A DNA stretch of 55,020 bases, the filler included, from an uncultured Acidimicrobiales bacterium (lineage in GTDB: Bacteria > Actinomycetota > Acidimicrobiia > Acidimicrobiales > UBA10347), in assembly GCA_943788915.1 (NCBI GenBank). It is 3 parts of 3 records of this genome, joined end to end, with 100 filler letters (N's around TTAATTAATTAA, not from the genome) between each part and the next. Parts side by side here need not be neighbours in the genome. Positions count along the whole stretch, not along the records: positions 1 to 23,690 come from CALSSD010000019.1; positions 23,791 to 40,348 come from CALSSD010000020.1; 1 more part is not named here. One strand, written 5' to 3'. Shown here piece after piece: positions 18,589 through 28,904 of this stretch. The notes under the pieces were generated by a model. The model was not told the origin of the DNA. It worked only from the letters and a program-made list of their open reading frames with translations, and did no database searches. The translations under genes and the position numbers were made by a program. The stretch's first letter is position 1. Each line of letters begins with the position of its first letter.

Positions 18589-21500
18589 CTACAGGGCCCT
18601 CCGCAGTTGGGTGAGAGCTCCCAGAGCCACCGATACATGAGCGAGATCGCGTTCTGGTGCAGTCTCGATCTCGGCGAAGGTGCGTTGGCATCGCTCGGCA
18701 GCGATCTGGTTCGAGCGGAGCCACGACTCGACTTGCGCCTCTGGTGGTTCAGCGCCATCGCCCGACGACAACACCGCAGCGGCGAGTTCAGCCCGTTCAC
18801 GGAAATACTGATCGCGCAACGCACCACGGGCCATGGTCTGCCAGTGATCATCTCGAGGCAACGCCACCACCCAGTCACGCAACGGTCCAAGCCCCAGGCG
18901 TTCTTCGAGCAGTCGATGGATCGCCGATACGACCTGAGGTTGCTGACCAGTGCGATGAGCCACAGTCGCAAGGTCAAGAAAGCCGTATGCGGGGCCGAGC
19001 GCCATGACCCGACCGGCCAAATCACCGGAGATACCTGCTGCGATGAACGTCTGTGCGTCGGCAGCGAAGTCATCTGCTGGTTCATCGCCGATGCCGGGTT
19101 CACTGAGCGAGGCGACCGAGCCGTGGTAGCGACCGGCAACAGCTACGACATCGAGCGGCTGTGCTTCGTTACGGAGTAGCCAGCGAGTCGCTCGTTCGCC
19201 GAGCCTGGTGACTTCGAGTTCAAGCGTCGTCACCGCTGCGGCATCAACGCTGGTTTCGATGGCTCGTAATTCATCCCACAGCTGGTTGAGCTCAAAGATC
19301 TGCCACGCAGCAAGATGTGCCAGCGCGATATCGGGCGCAGTCGCCGAGGTCTCCTCGCTCAACCGGTGCATGATCGTGATGCCGCCCCGGTTGACAATTT
19401 CGTTCGACAGCAACATTGCTATGAGCTCACGGCGCAGTGGGTGATTAAGCACGAGGTCATGGTGTTCGGCGCGGATAGCCGTCGGAAAGTAGCTGAGCAG
19501 CAACTCATCGAACACCGCATTCTCGGGGATTTCACCGGCGACCAAGTATTTGGTGATGCTGTTCTTCGTATACGCCAGGAGCACAGCCAACTCTGGCCGG
19601 GTTAGGCCAAGCCCGGCGTCCTTCAGATTGCGCATCTTGTTGCTGCTTGGGAGCATTTCGACGACCCGGTTCAGGCCCGCTGTTACTTCGAGCGATGCCA
19701 TGAGCCGCTCGTGCACTTGGACCATGCCGGGTGCTTCAGCGACCGCTGCTGACAACGCACGATTCTGGGCATAGTTGTTTTCGAGCACAAGGTCGCACAC
19801 TTCATCGGCCATCGATGACAGCAACACATTGCGCTGCTTACGGGTCATGTCACCATTGTGTTCAGCCACCGCGAGCACAATCTTCAGGTTGACCTCATGG
19901 TCAGAGCAATCGACACCACCGGAGTTGTCGATCGCGTCGGTATTGATCCGGCCGCCGTGGCGGGCGAACTGAATTCGTCCGAGCTGACTCACCCCCAGGT
20001 TGCCGCCTTCGGTGAGCACCTTGCATCGCAACTCATCGGCGCCGACCCGGACGCTGTCGTTACCCCTGTCGCCGACCTCGACGTCGGTCTCGGTGGAGGC
20101 CTTCACATAGGTACCAATGCCACCGTTCCACAACAGATCGACGGGGGCTCGAAGCACCGCTCGGATAAGTTCGTCGGGCGTCAGCCCGGTCACATCTTGA
20201 TCGAGCCCAAGTGCGTCAGTCATTTGTGGTGACACCGCTATCGACTTTGCGCTCCGGGAAAAGACACCTCCACCCTCGGACATAAGCGACGTGTCGTAGT
20301 CCTCCCAGCTGGAGCGGGGCAGGTCGTACAACCGCTGCCGCTCGACGAAACTGGCTGCTGGGTCTGGATCAGGATCAACAAACACATGTCGATGGTCGAA
20401 GGCGGCTAGCAACTTTGTCTTGTCGCTCCGCAACAGCCCATTACCAAACACGTCGCCCGACATGTCACCCACGCCCACCACGGTGAATGGGGTGCGCTCC
20501 GGATCGCGACCCAGTTCACGGAAATGGCGCTCCACAGCAACCCACGCGCCCCGGGCAGTAATGGCCTGTGCCTTGTGGTCGTAGCCATCACTTCCGCCGG
20601 AGGCGAACGCATCGTCGAGCCAGAAGTCTCGGTCACGCGCGATTTCGTTGGCGATGTCGGAGAAGGTTGCGGTGCCCTTGTCCGCGGCGACGACAAGATA
20701 GTGGTCGTCGCCGTCATGGCGGAACACGCCGTCTGGTGGCACTATGACGTCGTCGACGACGTTGTCGGTCACATCAAGCAACGCACCGACGAAGACCTTG
20801 TAGCAGGCCACGACCTCCGCCATGATCTCGTCGCGTGACCCTCCAACGGGAAGTCGCCGCGCAACGAACCCACCCTTCGCGCCAACCGGCACAATCACCG
20901 AATTCTTGACTGTCTGCGCTTTCATCAGACCCAAGATTTCGGTGCGGTAGTCTTCCATGCGCTCGCTCCACCGCAGCCCACCACGGGCGACCCGCCCGGA
21001 CCGCAGATGAACACCTTCGGTCCGAGGTGAGTACACGAAAATCTCGACCGCCGGAACGGGTTGTGGAAGATCGGGAATGGTACGAGGGTCAAGCTTGAGT
21101 GCTAGCGCGGGCGGGTGATAGTCCTCCGCGTGTGCCTGCCAATGGTTGGTGCGCATCGTCGCATGAATCACGATCAGAAGCGACCGCAGGATTCGGTCGG
21201 CATCGAGGCTGGCAACCGAGTCGATCGCGTGGTTGATCTGGGTAGTGAGCGCAGCCCATTTCGGCTCGACTCCGGTGGCTTCACGGCCATTGACAGGGTC
21301 GAAACGATCGTGGAAGAGTTCGACGAGTTTGGTCGCGATCTCCGGGTGGGTGTTGAGCGTCTCCATAACATAGTGCGAGCTATAGGTGCTGCCGATCTGC
21401 GCCGAATAGCGGGTGTAGGCCCGCAGGACGCTCACGTCGCGCCACGCCAGTCCTGCAGTCACCACGAGCGTTGCCAGGGCATCGCTCTCGGCAGCGCCAT

Positions 21501-23439
21501 TCCACACCGCGAGCATGGCGTCGCGCACCCGCTGACGGTCGTCGCGGTCGAGTTCAGCCGACATGCGCACACCAATGTCATAAATAAACAGTGAAGCTTG
21601 GTTTTGCGGTTGGACTTCGTACGGCCGTTCGTCGACAACAATGGCGCCAAGGTCGTGCAGAAGCGGCACCAGGTCAGACAATACGATTGGTTTGCCGGAG
21701 CGATAGATCTTGCATCGCAAGTCGAATCGGCCCGATTCGAGCGGTCGATGCAGAAACACGTCGAGGTCCTCGGCGCCGAGTCCTTCGAGGCGCTCGATGT
21801 CATGGACGGCCGACTCGGCGAGCACATTCTGTCGATAACTGGCATCGAAGGCTGATCCATAGCGGTCCAACCGTTCAAGCCCGCCTTCTTCGCCGTGCGC
21901 TTCGATGAGCGATGCCCGCAAAAAGTCAGCCCAGGTACGGGTGCTTTGTACAAGTCGGGCCTCGACCGCAGCGGTGTCCGGCAGTTCATGGCCCGATCGC
22001 GGATCGGTATAGATCACCATGTGGACCCGAGCGAGGGGAGCCTCGGAGATCTCAGTCGAGAAACGAACCGAGGTGCCCTGATACGCGTCCATCAGGATCT
22101 TCTCGATCTTCAGCCTGACATCGGTGCTATGACGATCTCGGGGCACAAAGACCAGGCACGACAGGAACCGCCCATAGAGCTCGCGACGGACAAGCAGGCT
22201 GACCTGGCGGCGGTCGCGCAGGTCAAGCATGGCCAACGCCATCGATTTGAGCGACTCGATGTCGATCTGGAATAGCTCATCGCGTGGAAAGGTCTGCAGC
22301 GTGTTGAGCAGCCGGTTGAAGTCATGGCTCGTGGCATAGAAATCGGCCTGGTCGAGCACCGCTTTGACCTTGACTCGCACTCCTGGGATGTCCTCGACCC
22401 GTCCTGAATACACGCTTGAAGTGAAAAGCCCTATGAAGCGGCGCTCACCGGTGACCTTGCCGTGGATATCGATCTCTTTGATGCCCACATAGTCGAGCGG
22501 CACGGGGCGGTGCACGGTCGACACGTTGTTTGCCTTGGTGAGATTCAGGATGTTCGGCTTACGGGATTGAGCAGCGGTTTCTGGTGGGAGATCACCCAGG
22601 TTGCGCTCGGCGACCTTTCCTTGACGCAACGTTCCCAGACCGGTGTGAGGACGGGAGACGACGCGCGGGTGTTCTTCATCATCGATGAAGTCGTACTCCC
22701 GATATCCGACAAAAACGAACGAGCCAGCTTCCATCCACCGAAGCAGTTCGGCCACCTCGAGAGGCTGTCCATCGATGCTGGCCACAAACCGAGGAGTACC
22801 GGCTACAGCTTCGGCCTCCCACTCTTCGAGCTCGTTGGCAATTTCGAGTGCGCGCGATCGCATCGCCCGCCAGTCCTCGACGGTGCTACGGACGTCAGCG
22901 AGCACCGAATACAACTGGTTCTCAAGACCCTCAAGTGTGGCCGATCCCGTCAAACGGTCGATCTCGACATGCACCGTCGACTCGACATTCTTCGATGACG
23001 GTCGCGGCATCTCGATCGACCGGATCTCGCCGGTATCGGAACGTTTGATGTCAAACAGAGGATGGACCAACAAGTGCACCTGATGTCCAAGCCGCTCGAA
23101 CAGGGACAGCACCGAGTCGACGATGAACGGCATGTCTTCGCCGACGATGTCGATCACGGTATGGCTGCTACTCCAACCATCTTCGTCGCTGTTCGGGTTG
23201 TAGATCTGCACCAGGGTTTCATTGGCAGACCGGCGTTCGGCAAGTTGCAGGTGCCGAATGGTCGCTGCGTATAAATCGATCGGGTCTTTGCCCGCCAAGT
23301 CTTGGGGCGCTGTGCGCGAGAAGTAGTGGCGCACAAGCTCACCTGCGATCGACGCGCCGTTGCCCTTTTGCCGCCGCTCGGCCAGTTCAACCACCGCATC
23401 GAGAAGCGCTTCTTTGACCTGCTTTGAGGTATCAGTCAT
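18589..23439 (-). CDS. gdh: Large NAD-specific glutamate dehydrogenase
   Basis: About 1616 aa; ARGGLRWS, KNSVIVPVGAKGGF, VVAADKGTATFSD, GVGDMSGDVFGNG, NTDAIDNSGGV. Confidence 0.97.
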   Translation of the reverse strand: MTDTSKQVKEALLDAVVELAERRQKGNGASIAGELVRHYFSRTAPQDLAGKDPIDLYAATIRHLQLAERRSANETLVQIYNPNSDEDGWSSSHTVIDIVGEDMPFIVDSVLSLFERLGHQVHLLVHPLFDIKRSDTGEIRSIEMPRPSSKNVESTVHVEIDRLTGSATLEGLENQLYSVLADVRSTVEDWRAMRSRALEIANELEEWEAEAVAGTPRFVASIDGQPLEVAELLRWMEAGSFVFVGYREYDFIDDEEHPRVVSRPHTGLGTLRQGKVAERNLGDLPPETAAQSRKPNILNLTKANNVSTVHRPVPLDYVGIKEIDIHGKVTGERRFIGLFTSSVYSGRVEDIPGVRVKVKAVLDQADFYATSHDFNRLLNTLQTFPRDELFQIDIESLKSMALAMLDLRDRRQVSLLVRRELYGRFLSCLVFVPRDRHSTDVRLKIEKILMDAYQGTSVRFSTEISEAPLARVHMVIYTDPRSGHELPDTAAVEARLVQSTRTWADFLRASLIEAHGEEGGLERLDRYGSAFDASYRQNVLAESAVHDIERLEGLGAEDLDVFLHRPLESGRFDLRCKIYRSGKPIVLSDLVPLLHDLGAIVVDERPYEVQPQNQASLFIYDIGVRMSAELDRDDRQRVRDAMLAVWNGAAESDALATLVVTAGLAWRDVSVLRAYTRYSAQIGSTYSSHYVMETLNTHPEIATKLVELFHDRFDPVNGREATGVEPKWAALTTQINHAIDSVASLDADRILRSLLIVIHATMRTNHWQAHAEDYHPPALALKLDPRTIPDLPQPVPAVEIFVYSPRTEGVHLRSGRVARGGLRWSERMEDYRTEILGLMKAQTVKNSVIVPVGAKGGFVARRLPVGGSRDEIMAEVVACYKVFVGALLDVTDNVVDDVIVPPDGVFRHDGDDHYLVVAADKGTATFSDIANEIARDRDFWLDDAFASGGSDGYDHKAQAITARGAWVAVERHFRELGRDPERTPFTVVGVGDMSGDVFGNGLLRSDKTKLLAAFDHRHVFVDPDPDPAASFVERQRLYDLPRSSWEDYDTSLMSEGGGVFSRSAKSIAVSPQMTDALGLDQDVTGLTPDELIRAVLRAPVDLLWNGGIGTYVKASTETDVEVGDRGNDSVRVGADELRCKVLTEGGNLGVSQLGRIQFARHGGRINTDAIDNSGGVDCSDHEVNLKIVLAVAEHNGDMTRKQRNVLLSSMADEVCDLVLENNYAQNRALSAAVAEAPGMVQVHERLMASLEVTAGLNRVVEMLPSSNKMRNLKDAGLGLTRPELAVLLAYTKNSITKYLVAGEIPENAVFDELLLSYFPTAIRAEHHDLVLNHPLRRELIAMLLSNEIVNRGGITIMHRLSEETSATAPDIALAHLAAWQIFELNQLWDELRAIETSVDAAAVTTLELEVTRLGERATRWLLRNEAQPLDVVAVAGRYHGSVASLSEPGIGDEPADDFAADAQTFIAAGISGDLAGRVMALGPAYGFLDLATVAHRTGQQPQVVSAIHRLLEERLGLGPLRDWVVALPRDDHWQTMARGALRDQYFRERAELAAAVLSSGDGAEPPEAQVESWLRSNQIAAERCQRTFAEIETAPERDLAHVSVALGALTQLRRAL

Positions 23440-23549
23440 GCAGTGCTGAACGTAGTCTGTCTCCGCACTCCGTGCTGGACGGCCGCTGCAACCCGACTCG
23501 CGCTCAGGGCACAGAACATCGGGCCGCATATCCTGGGGAGATGGAATCA

Positions 23550-23690
23550 ATGGATCTTCCGGCAGGTGTCCTCACGGGCGACCAGGTACAACAGACGTTC
23601 GCGTTGGCCAAGCAGAAGGGCTTCGCCCTCCCGGCGGCAAACTGCATTGGCTCCAGCAGCATGAATGCCGTGATGGAAACTGCATCGGCA
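23550..23690 (+). CDS. fbaA: Class II fructose-bisphosphate aldolase, N-terminal fragment at contig end
   Basis: MDLPAGVLTGDQVQQTFALAKQKGFALPAANC resembles the FbaA N-terminus. Confidence 0.8.
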
Positions 23691-23790
23691 NNNNNNNNNN
23701 NNNNNNNNNNNNNNNNNNNNNNNNNNNNNNNNNNTTAATTAATTAANNNNNNNNNNNNNNNNNNNNNNNNNNNNNNNNNNNNNNNNNNNN
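23691..23790. other. Artificial contig linker
   Basis: N run, TTAATTAATTAA (stops in all frames), N run. Confidence 0.98.
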
Positions 23791-24197
23791 CTACGACCGA
23801 AGAATCGTTGACCGACCGTTGTGCCGAGTTCCCGATGGTGAATGGGCGTCATGCCGGACGCCACCACCGCTACATCTACGAAGCTCGATGCACGCACGGG
23901 TTGTTTGCATTCGACGCTCTCATCAAACGCGATGTCGATGCGGGCACCGAGACGCTGATCGAGTTTGATCCTGGCGTGTTCGTGAGCGAGACAGTGATGG
24001 CACCCCGCAATGGTTCTACCGCCGAAGACGATGGCTACCTGGTCACGTTCACGAGCAATATGAATACGAACGAGTCTCACTGCATGATCCTGGATGCCGC
24101 CGACCCAACGTCAGGTCCGGTTGCGCAGATTCGATTGCCCGAACGCATCAGCAGCGGCACGCACTCAACCTGGGCTCCGCTGTCCGACCTCGGGTAG
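23791..24197 (+). CDS. Carotenoid/stilbene cleavage oxygenase family, C-terminal fragment
   Basis: EFPMVN, SETVMAPR..AEDDGYLV, LPERISSGTHSTW. Confidence 0.88.
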
Positions 24198-24238
24198 TTC
24201 GTCTTCGCTCGTTCCAACCCACCAGGACCGTCGAAGCT

Positions 24239-25099
24239 TCAGCTCAAACAAGATGAGCGCAGCGAATCCGGACTACTCGGGTACCAGAAACCGCCGGCAG
24301 TACCCAGGCCGGTGAAGGCGCCGACGCTGGGACCGATGCGATACCGCACGATTTCGGTGACGTCATCGCGGAGCGCCAGACGGCTTTCAAGGCCGTCGTA
24401 ATACGGCAACGCGGAGGCATCGGCAATACCAAGGGCGACCCGAATGGGTGCGCCGTCCAGGTGCATGGTGGCGGCAAGTAGGTCAGTGATCTGGGTGACA
24501 TCATGCCCGACACCAACCGACTCGAAACTGCCGCCGGGTCCAGAGCGAAATACGTCGACACCGGTCGCCGAGGTATCAAAAACAACTCGTCCACTTGCAT
24601 GCAACAGCTCTGCGGCACCCAACGCCGTCACGCTAAAGAGCTGCTCAGCCAACCCTTCGGCGGCAGCAATCGCTTGATCAATACTTCCGCCTTCGTCCAG
24701 GACCTGCGCCGCTTGCCACGCACAGCAGCTGACACCAAAGGACAACGTTTGACTGTCCACGAGCCGCACGTCGATATCGACCATGCCTGCCGCAATTCGG
24801 GCGCTGTTGAGCGTGCCAGACAACGCCGATCCAACATGGATGGAAATCACCTGATCGTGGCCAGCGGCTGCACACGCCTGATAGGTCTCGACGAACGCAC
24901 CGGGGCTCGGTTGGCTGGTTGTCACTTCCGGTGTTGTGTCGCCAAAAAGTGCGTAAAACCCGTCGGCATCAAGATCGACACCTTCGAGATAACTCGTGCC
25001 GTCGACCGTGACGGGGATCGGCACCACCCGTATGCCGTAGCGGTGTTGCAGGGTCGACGGAAGCTGCGAGTTCGAATCGGTGACGATTGCAGGGCGCAT
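24239..25099 (-). CDS. DegV family fatty acid-binding protein (FakB-like)
   Basis: IVTDSNS, TTSQPSPG, SALSGT, VDSQTLS. Confidence 0.92.
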   Translation of the reverse strand: MRPAIVTDSNSQLPSTLQHRYGIRVVPIPVTVDGTSYLEGVDLDADGFYALFGDTTPEVTTSQPSPGAFVETYQACAAAGHDQVISIHVGSALSGTLNSARIAAGMVDIDVRLVDSQTLSFGVSCCAWQAAQVLDEGGSIDQAIAAAEGLAEQLFSVTALGAAELLHASGRVVFDTSATGVDVFRSGPGGSFESVGVGHDVTQITDLLAATMHLDGAPIRVALGIADASALPYYDGLESRLALRDDVTEIVRYRIGPSVGAFTGLGTAGGFWYPSSPDSLRSSCLS

Positions 25100-25102
25100 G
25101 GT

Positions 25103-25867
25103 TCAGAAACCACGCGGCATTGCCCGATTATTCCCGCGCTGCTCTGGCCTCTCTTGCTCTTTACTGGCAGCGCAATCTTCCTCGCTGCAGCCCAATCCCC
25201 GGTTGTTGGAAGACCCCACGTCAGCGTCGGCCGGGGGTGTGCGAGGCGCCTCCGCAGCGAACCGGTAGATGATCGCGGCACTCGCCACCGCTGCGGCGAC
25301 GGGCATCGAGCAGCCAGCCGCGGGTGCCCATGCGTTCGGAAGGCGGTGTTTAGTCCAAACAGTCGCAAGCAGCGTCCAAAGACCACATGTGACACCGATC
25401 GTGGCCACGGGTTTGGCCTTCCAGAAATCACTTTTGGTAGCCACGACGCCAAGGGCAATGTCCACTGGCAGATATGCGGGGAACGTAGCCAGCATCTGAC
25501 CGAAGCTAGCAGCCACACCTTTGCCACCAAGGAAGCCGCGATTGGCGGGGAAACAATGTCCGAGCACCGCTGCACACGCTGCCACATTTGCGCCCGGCCC
25601 ACCTGCCACGGCGCGCCCAACCTGTCCAGCCACGACAGCCTTGCCCATGTCCATACCGAAGACCGTCGCTCCGGCCCGTTTACCCAACAGGCTGGCGATG
25701 TTCGCTGCCCCAGGGTTACCCGAACCAGCGCCACGTGGATCGAGCCCCGCAGCAACGATCTCGGCCGAAGGCAACATGCCAGCCACGTACCCGAGCGCCG
25801 CTACTCCGAGCACAGGTAACGTAGCAACGCTGGTCACGACAGAGCCACTTTCGTCAGGCTTGGACAA
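25103..25867 (-). CDS. plsY: Glycerol-3-phosphate acyltransferase PlsY
   Basis: GSGNPGAAN, DMGKA, LGHCFP, GGKGVA. Confidence 0.88.
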   Translation of the reverse strand: MSKPDESGSVVTSVATLPVLGVAALGYVAGMLPSAEIVAAGLDPRGAGSGNPGAANIASLLGKRAGATVFGMDMGKAVVAGQVGRAVAGGPGANVAACAAVLGHCFPANRGFLGGKGVAASFGQMLATFPAYLPVDIALGVVATKSDFWKAKPVATIGVTCGLWTLLATVWTKHRLPNAWAPAAGCSMPVAAAVASAAIIYRFAAEAPRTPPADADVGSSNNRGLGCSEEDCAASKEQERPEQRGNNRAMPRGF

Positions 25868-26513
25868 CTACAACGTCTGGTTCGGACTCGTTGCGGTGGC
25901 GATACCAACGCACCAACTCGATAAGTCCGGTAATACTCAAGGCCGTGCCAAACGCGAGCCAGAACGCCTTGCTGTGGTCATCTTCGAAGAGGTCACCGAA
26001 GAAGTAGCCGATAATCGCGGCGTAACCAGCCCACAACGATGCCGCCACGATGTCCCAGGGAAGGAACCACTTCTTGAACGGCCGCTCGGTAGCGCCGCAG
26101 GACAGGGTCATCAGCGTGCGCCCGCCAGGGATGAAACGAGCAGTGATGAGCAACAACCCGCCTCGTTTGTCAATCTGCGCGGCTGCTTTCGCCATCTTTT
26201 CGTCGCCATCGCCGTTCTTACGTCCCATCAGGCTTGTTACCCGCGAACGAAACCGCTTGCCCAAGGTGTAAGCAATCGAATCGCCAAAGAATGCCCCAAC
26301 GGCACCCATAAAGATCACGAGCAGCAGCAACTGATCGCCCTGCCCAGCGGCGATACCTCCGATGATCACGGTGGACTCGCTGGGCACGATCGGCACAACG
26401 GAGTCCAAAAGAGCGATGATGAAGATCACCAAGACGAACCACCATCGCGCCGATATATCGCCCAACCATTCGGTCAGACCGTTCACTACGTCGAACACAC
26501 CCGAAGCGATCAT
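25854..26513 (-). CDS. DedA family membrane protein
   Basis: PIVPSES, GDSIAYTLG, ARFIPGGR. Confidence 0.9.
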   Translation of the reverse strand: MIASGVFDVVNGLTEWLGDISARWWFVLVIFIIALLDSVVPIVPSESTVIIGGIAAGQGDQLLLLVIFMGAVGAFFGDSIAYTLGKRFRSRVTSLMGRKNGDGDEKMAKAAAQIDKRGGLLLITARFIPGGRTLMTLSCGATERPFKKWFLPWDIVAASLWAGYAAIIGYFFGDLFEDDHSKAFWLAFGTALSITGLIELVRWYRHRNESEPDVVVVQA

Positions 26514-26821
26514 CGTGGCTAAAACTAGTGCGTAACGAAGACAAACCAGGCCTTCTGGTCTGTGAATTGGCCTGCCTAGCGATTCCTCTTGGTTCCCTCT
26601 TGCCTCATTCGATCCGATGGAGCCTCTCACGAGTCAAACCACCGCGCCAGCGGCTAACGCATGCACCCTGGTGACCAGAGCCACCTCGGTGCCTGATAGA
26701 GTTTCGAAGTAGTAGTCGAGCCCGAGACCACCCGCTACCACCGCCTATCGGCACGCGGGAAGGCTTGCGGCGGGATTCCAGGCCCGCCACAATCTTGGGG
26801 ACGAGGAAAGGGAATCAAGCG

Positions 26822-27022
26822 GTGACTGTGTTGTGGGGAGGACTGATACTCCTGGTCGGCGTCCTATTCGTTGCGTGGGGTCGAACGCAGTCGGACTTTG
26901 TCGTCTACCGACTCCTTGCCGCTCGATCCCGCATGGTGTGGGGCGACCGAGTGCACGGCTTCTATCAGGTTGCCGGCATTGCCATGATCGCCTTCGGCCT
27001 GCTCGTCGCGGTCCTCGGGTAA
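26822..27022 (+). CDS. Small two-TM hypothetical protein
   Basis: Two hydrophobic segments flanking YRLLAARSRMVWGD. Confidence 0.55.
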   Translation: MTVLWGGLILLVGVLFVAWGRTQSDFVVYRLLAARSRMVWGDRVHGFYQVAGIAMIAFGLLVAVLG

Positions 27023-27138
27023 GCCAGGTGGCCGACGGCACCGACTCGTTGACCCAGCAACCCTAGAACGAGGTCCGGGGAGCTCTGAAAACAAAGACGT
27101 TGCCCGCATATCGCGGTGCTATCGGCGCTACGGAAACG

Positions 27139-27174
27139 CACAAACCCAGGTGGCCGAAGCCACCTGGGTTTGTG
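27139..27174 (-). terminator. Perfect 16-bp stem-loop downstream of tRNA-Glu
   Basis: CACAAACCCAGGTGGC-CGAA-GCCACCTGGGTTTGTG (UUCG tetraloop on the minus strand). Confidence 0.8.
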
Positions 27175-27179
27175 ATGTG

Positions 27180-27252
27180 TACCCCGTACGGGATTTGAAC
27201 CCGTGTTACCGGCGTGAAAGGCCAGCGTCCTAGGCCGCTGGACGAACGGGGC
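27180..27252 (-). tRNA. tRNA-Glu (TTC)
   Basis: GCCCCGT...CT TTC AC...GGTTCAAATCC...ACGGGGT A cloverleaf; CCA not encoded. Confidence 0.95.
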
Positions 27253-27430
27253 CCTAGCTTCCTCCGAAGGGGAAGCGGTCATCACTGTATCAACCTAACA
27301 ACGACCTCCATCCGAGAATGTGGCAAAATTCAAGATCAACGTGGGAACAAGCCGCATCCAAGAATTTGCCAAAATTCGATACAAAACTCTGGGTGGTGTT
27401 TGCGATTCAACCGATAGGGTTTCCCACCGA

Positions 27431-27505
27431 GGTCCTGTGGTGCAGTTTGGAGTGCACGCCGCCCTGTCAAGGCGGAGGTCGCGAGTTCAAATCTCGTCAG
27501 GACCG
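27431..27505 (+). tRNA. tRNA-Asp (GTC)
   Basis: GGTCCTG...CT GTC AA...GTTCAAATC...CAGGACC G. Confidence 0.95.
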
Positions 27506-27556
27506 CTTCACCCATTCGAAGCTGAACGAGGCGTAACGCCGAGATCAGTGTCGTGG

Positions 27557-27629
27557 GGTCGGGTAGCTCAGTTGGCAGAGCGACCGCCTGAAAAGCGGTA
27601 GGTCACCGGATCGACGCCGGTCCCGACCA
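27557..27629 (+). tRNA. tRNA-Phe (GAA)
   Basis: GGTCGGG TAGCTCAGTTGGCAGAGC...CT GAA AA...CCCGACC A; T-loop reads ATCGACG. Confidence 0.92.
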
Positions 27630-27667
27630 CTCTTTTTCTTCCACACGGGCTCGTTGTCTACGAGCGT

Positions 27668-28747
27668 GTGGCTGGCGGGAGATGGAGAGCCAGGGTGCAA
27701 TGGCTAACCTCGACGCCGGTGGTTACACAGTCGAAAAATGCGCTCCGAGCCTTTGTTCTGCTTACTGCGTGCATGCTGCTGTCGACAGCATGCGGCATCA
27801 GCGAAGGCGACCTTCTTGCAACCACCGCGCCTAGCAATGACACTGCCTTCGACGACGGCAACGATGGCTTCGACACGGCCGTTCCCGACGCAGATATTCC
27901 TGAGGCCGCAGTCGGGTTGGACCAGGGTGGTGCTGTCGCCGTTCAACTGTCCGGAGGCCAGGTGGACCTCTCGTTGGACCGATTCGACATCGATTGTTCC
28001 GACGAAGGACTTGGAACCGACGAAACAGTGTTTTTTGCCGTTGCCCATGTTGTCGTCGACGGCAACCTTGGCGCGCTGTGTTTCGGCGAGTCGAGCCCCA
28101 CCCTCATCCGCTCGTGGGAGACCCTCGCAGCGATCACGCCCCCAGGCCAACTCCGAGACCTTGGTCTCTTTGGCGGGTTCGAGGCCGGCGATGAAACCGG
28201 CGGCACCACGCTGGCATTCGTAAATACGCTCGACGACGCAGGCACGCTTTTCCAGATGTCGATCAACCTCGCAGAGGCCGAGAACTATCCTGATGAACTC
28301 ATGCTGACCATGGCCCATGAGTTCAGCCATATCTTCACCGCGACCTCACCCCAAATCGACCGCTTCGCCGAACCTCGCGATTGCAACACGTACTACAACG
28401 GCGAGGGATGCTACACCGACAACTCGGTAATGGCGGAATGGGTTCGGTTGTTCTGGGGCAACGGACTGATCGACCAAGTCGATCCAGACCAGGAAGCAAC
28501 TGTCGATAGCGGCGAGCAACGTTGCGCGGCCAACCCCAGCTTCTTCGGTGCATACGCTGCCAGCAATCCCGAAGAAGACTTCGCCGAAGCATTCTCGGCC
28601 TATGTATTCGACGTCCCCGCTGCTACCAACGAGCAAGAAGAGAAACTTGCGTGGATCCACACCCAGCCTGGTCTCGCCGAGTTCCGCGACCGCTCTATCG
28701 CCGCCAATCTCGGTCCGCTCGACAACAACTTCGATCCCTGCGGCTGA
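27668..28747 (+). CDS. Lipoprotein with HEXXH zinc-metallopeptidase motif (start uncertain)
   Basis: STAC lipobox; MAHEFSH; YAASNPEEDFAEAF. Confidence 0.8.
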   Translation: MAGGRWRARVQWLTSTPVVTQSKNALRAFVLLTACMLLSTACGISEGDLLATTAPSNDTAFDDGNDGFDTAVPDADIPEAAVGLDQGGAVAVQLSGGQVDLSLDRFDIDCSDEGLGTDETVFFAVAHVVVDGNLGALCFGESSPTLIRSWETLAAITPPGQLRDLGLFGGFEAGDETGGTTLAFVNTLDDAGTLFQMSINLAEAENYPDELMLTMAHEFSHIFTATSPQIDRFAEPRDCNTYYNGEGCYTDNSVMAEWVRLFWGNGLIDQVDPDQEATVDSGEQRCAANPSFFGAYAASNPEEDFAEAFSAYVFDVPAATNEQEEKLAWIHTQPGLAEFRDRSIAANLGPLDNNFDPCG

Positions 28748-28786
28748 CCGAAATCGGCACAGTCCGGTCCCTCCTGCCGGTTTCGG
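28748..28786 (+). terminator. Inverted repeat after the peptidase gene
   Basis: CCGAAATCGGCA...TGCCGGTTTCGG. Confidence 0.4.
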
Positions 28787-28904
28787 CCACCGTTCAGGGT
28801 GCGTAGCAAAGCCCGACGTTCACCGAAGCCCGCCTGACAAGACGTCGGCCCGAATTCGCGGCTAAGTTAATGCCGGAAAAGCATTTCTATTTGGGGGAAC
28901 CACC

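Noticed and set aside
23691..23790. TTAATTAATTAA palindrome within Ns (also at 40349-40448)
   Set aside because: Artificial contig spacer; no synteny was inferred across it.
26630..27180. Possible island integrated at tRNA-Glu
   Set aside because: No integrase and no duplicated tRNA 3' end seen on this contig.
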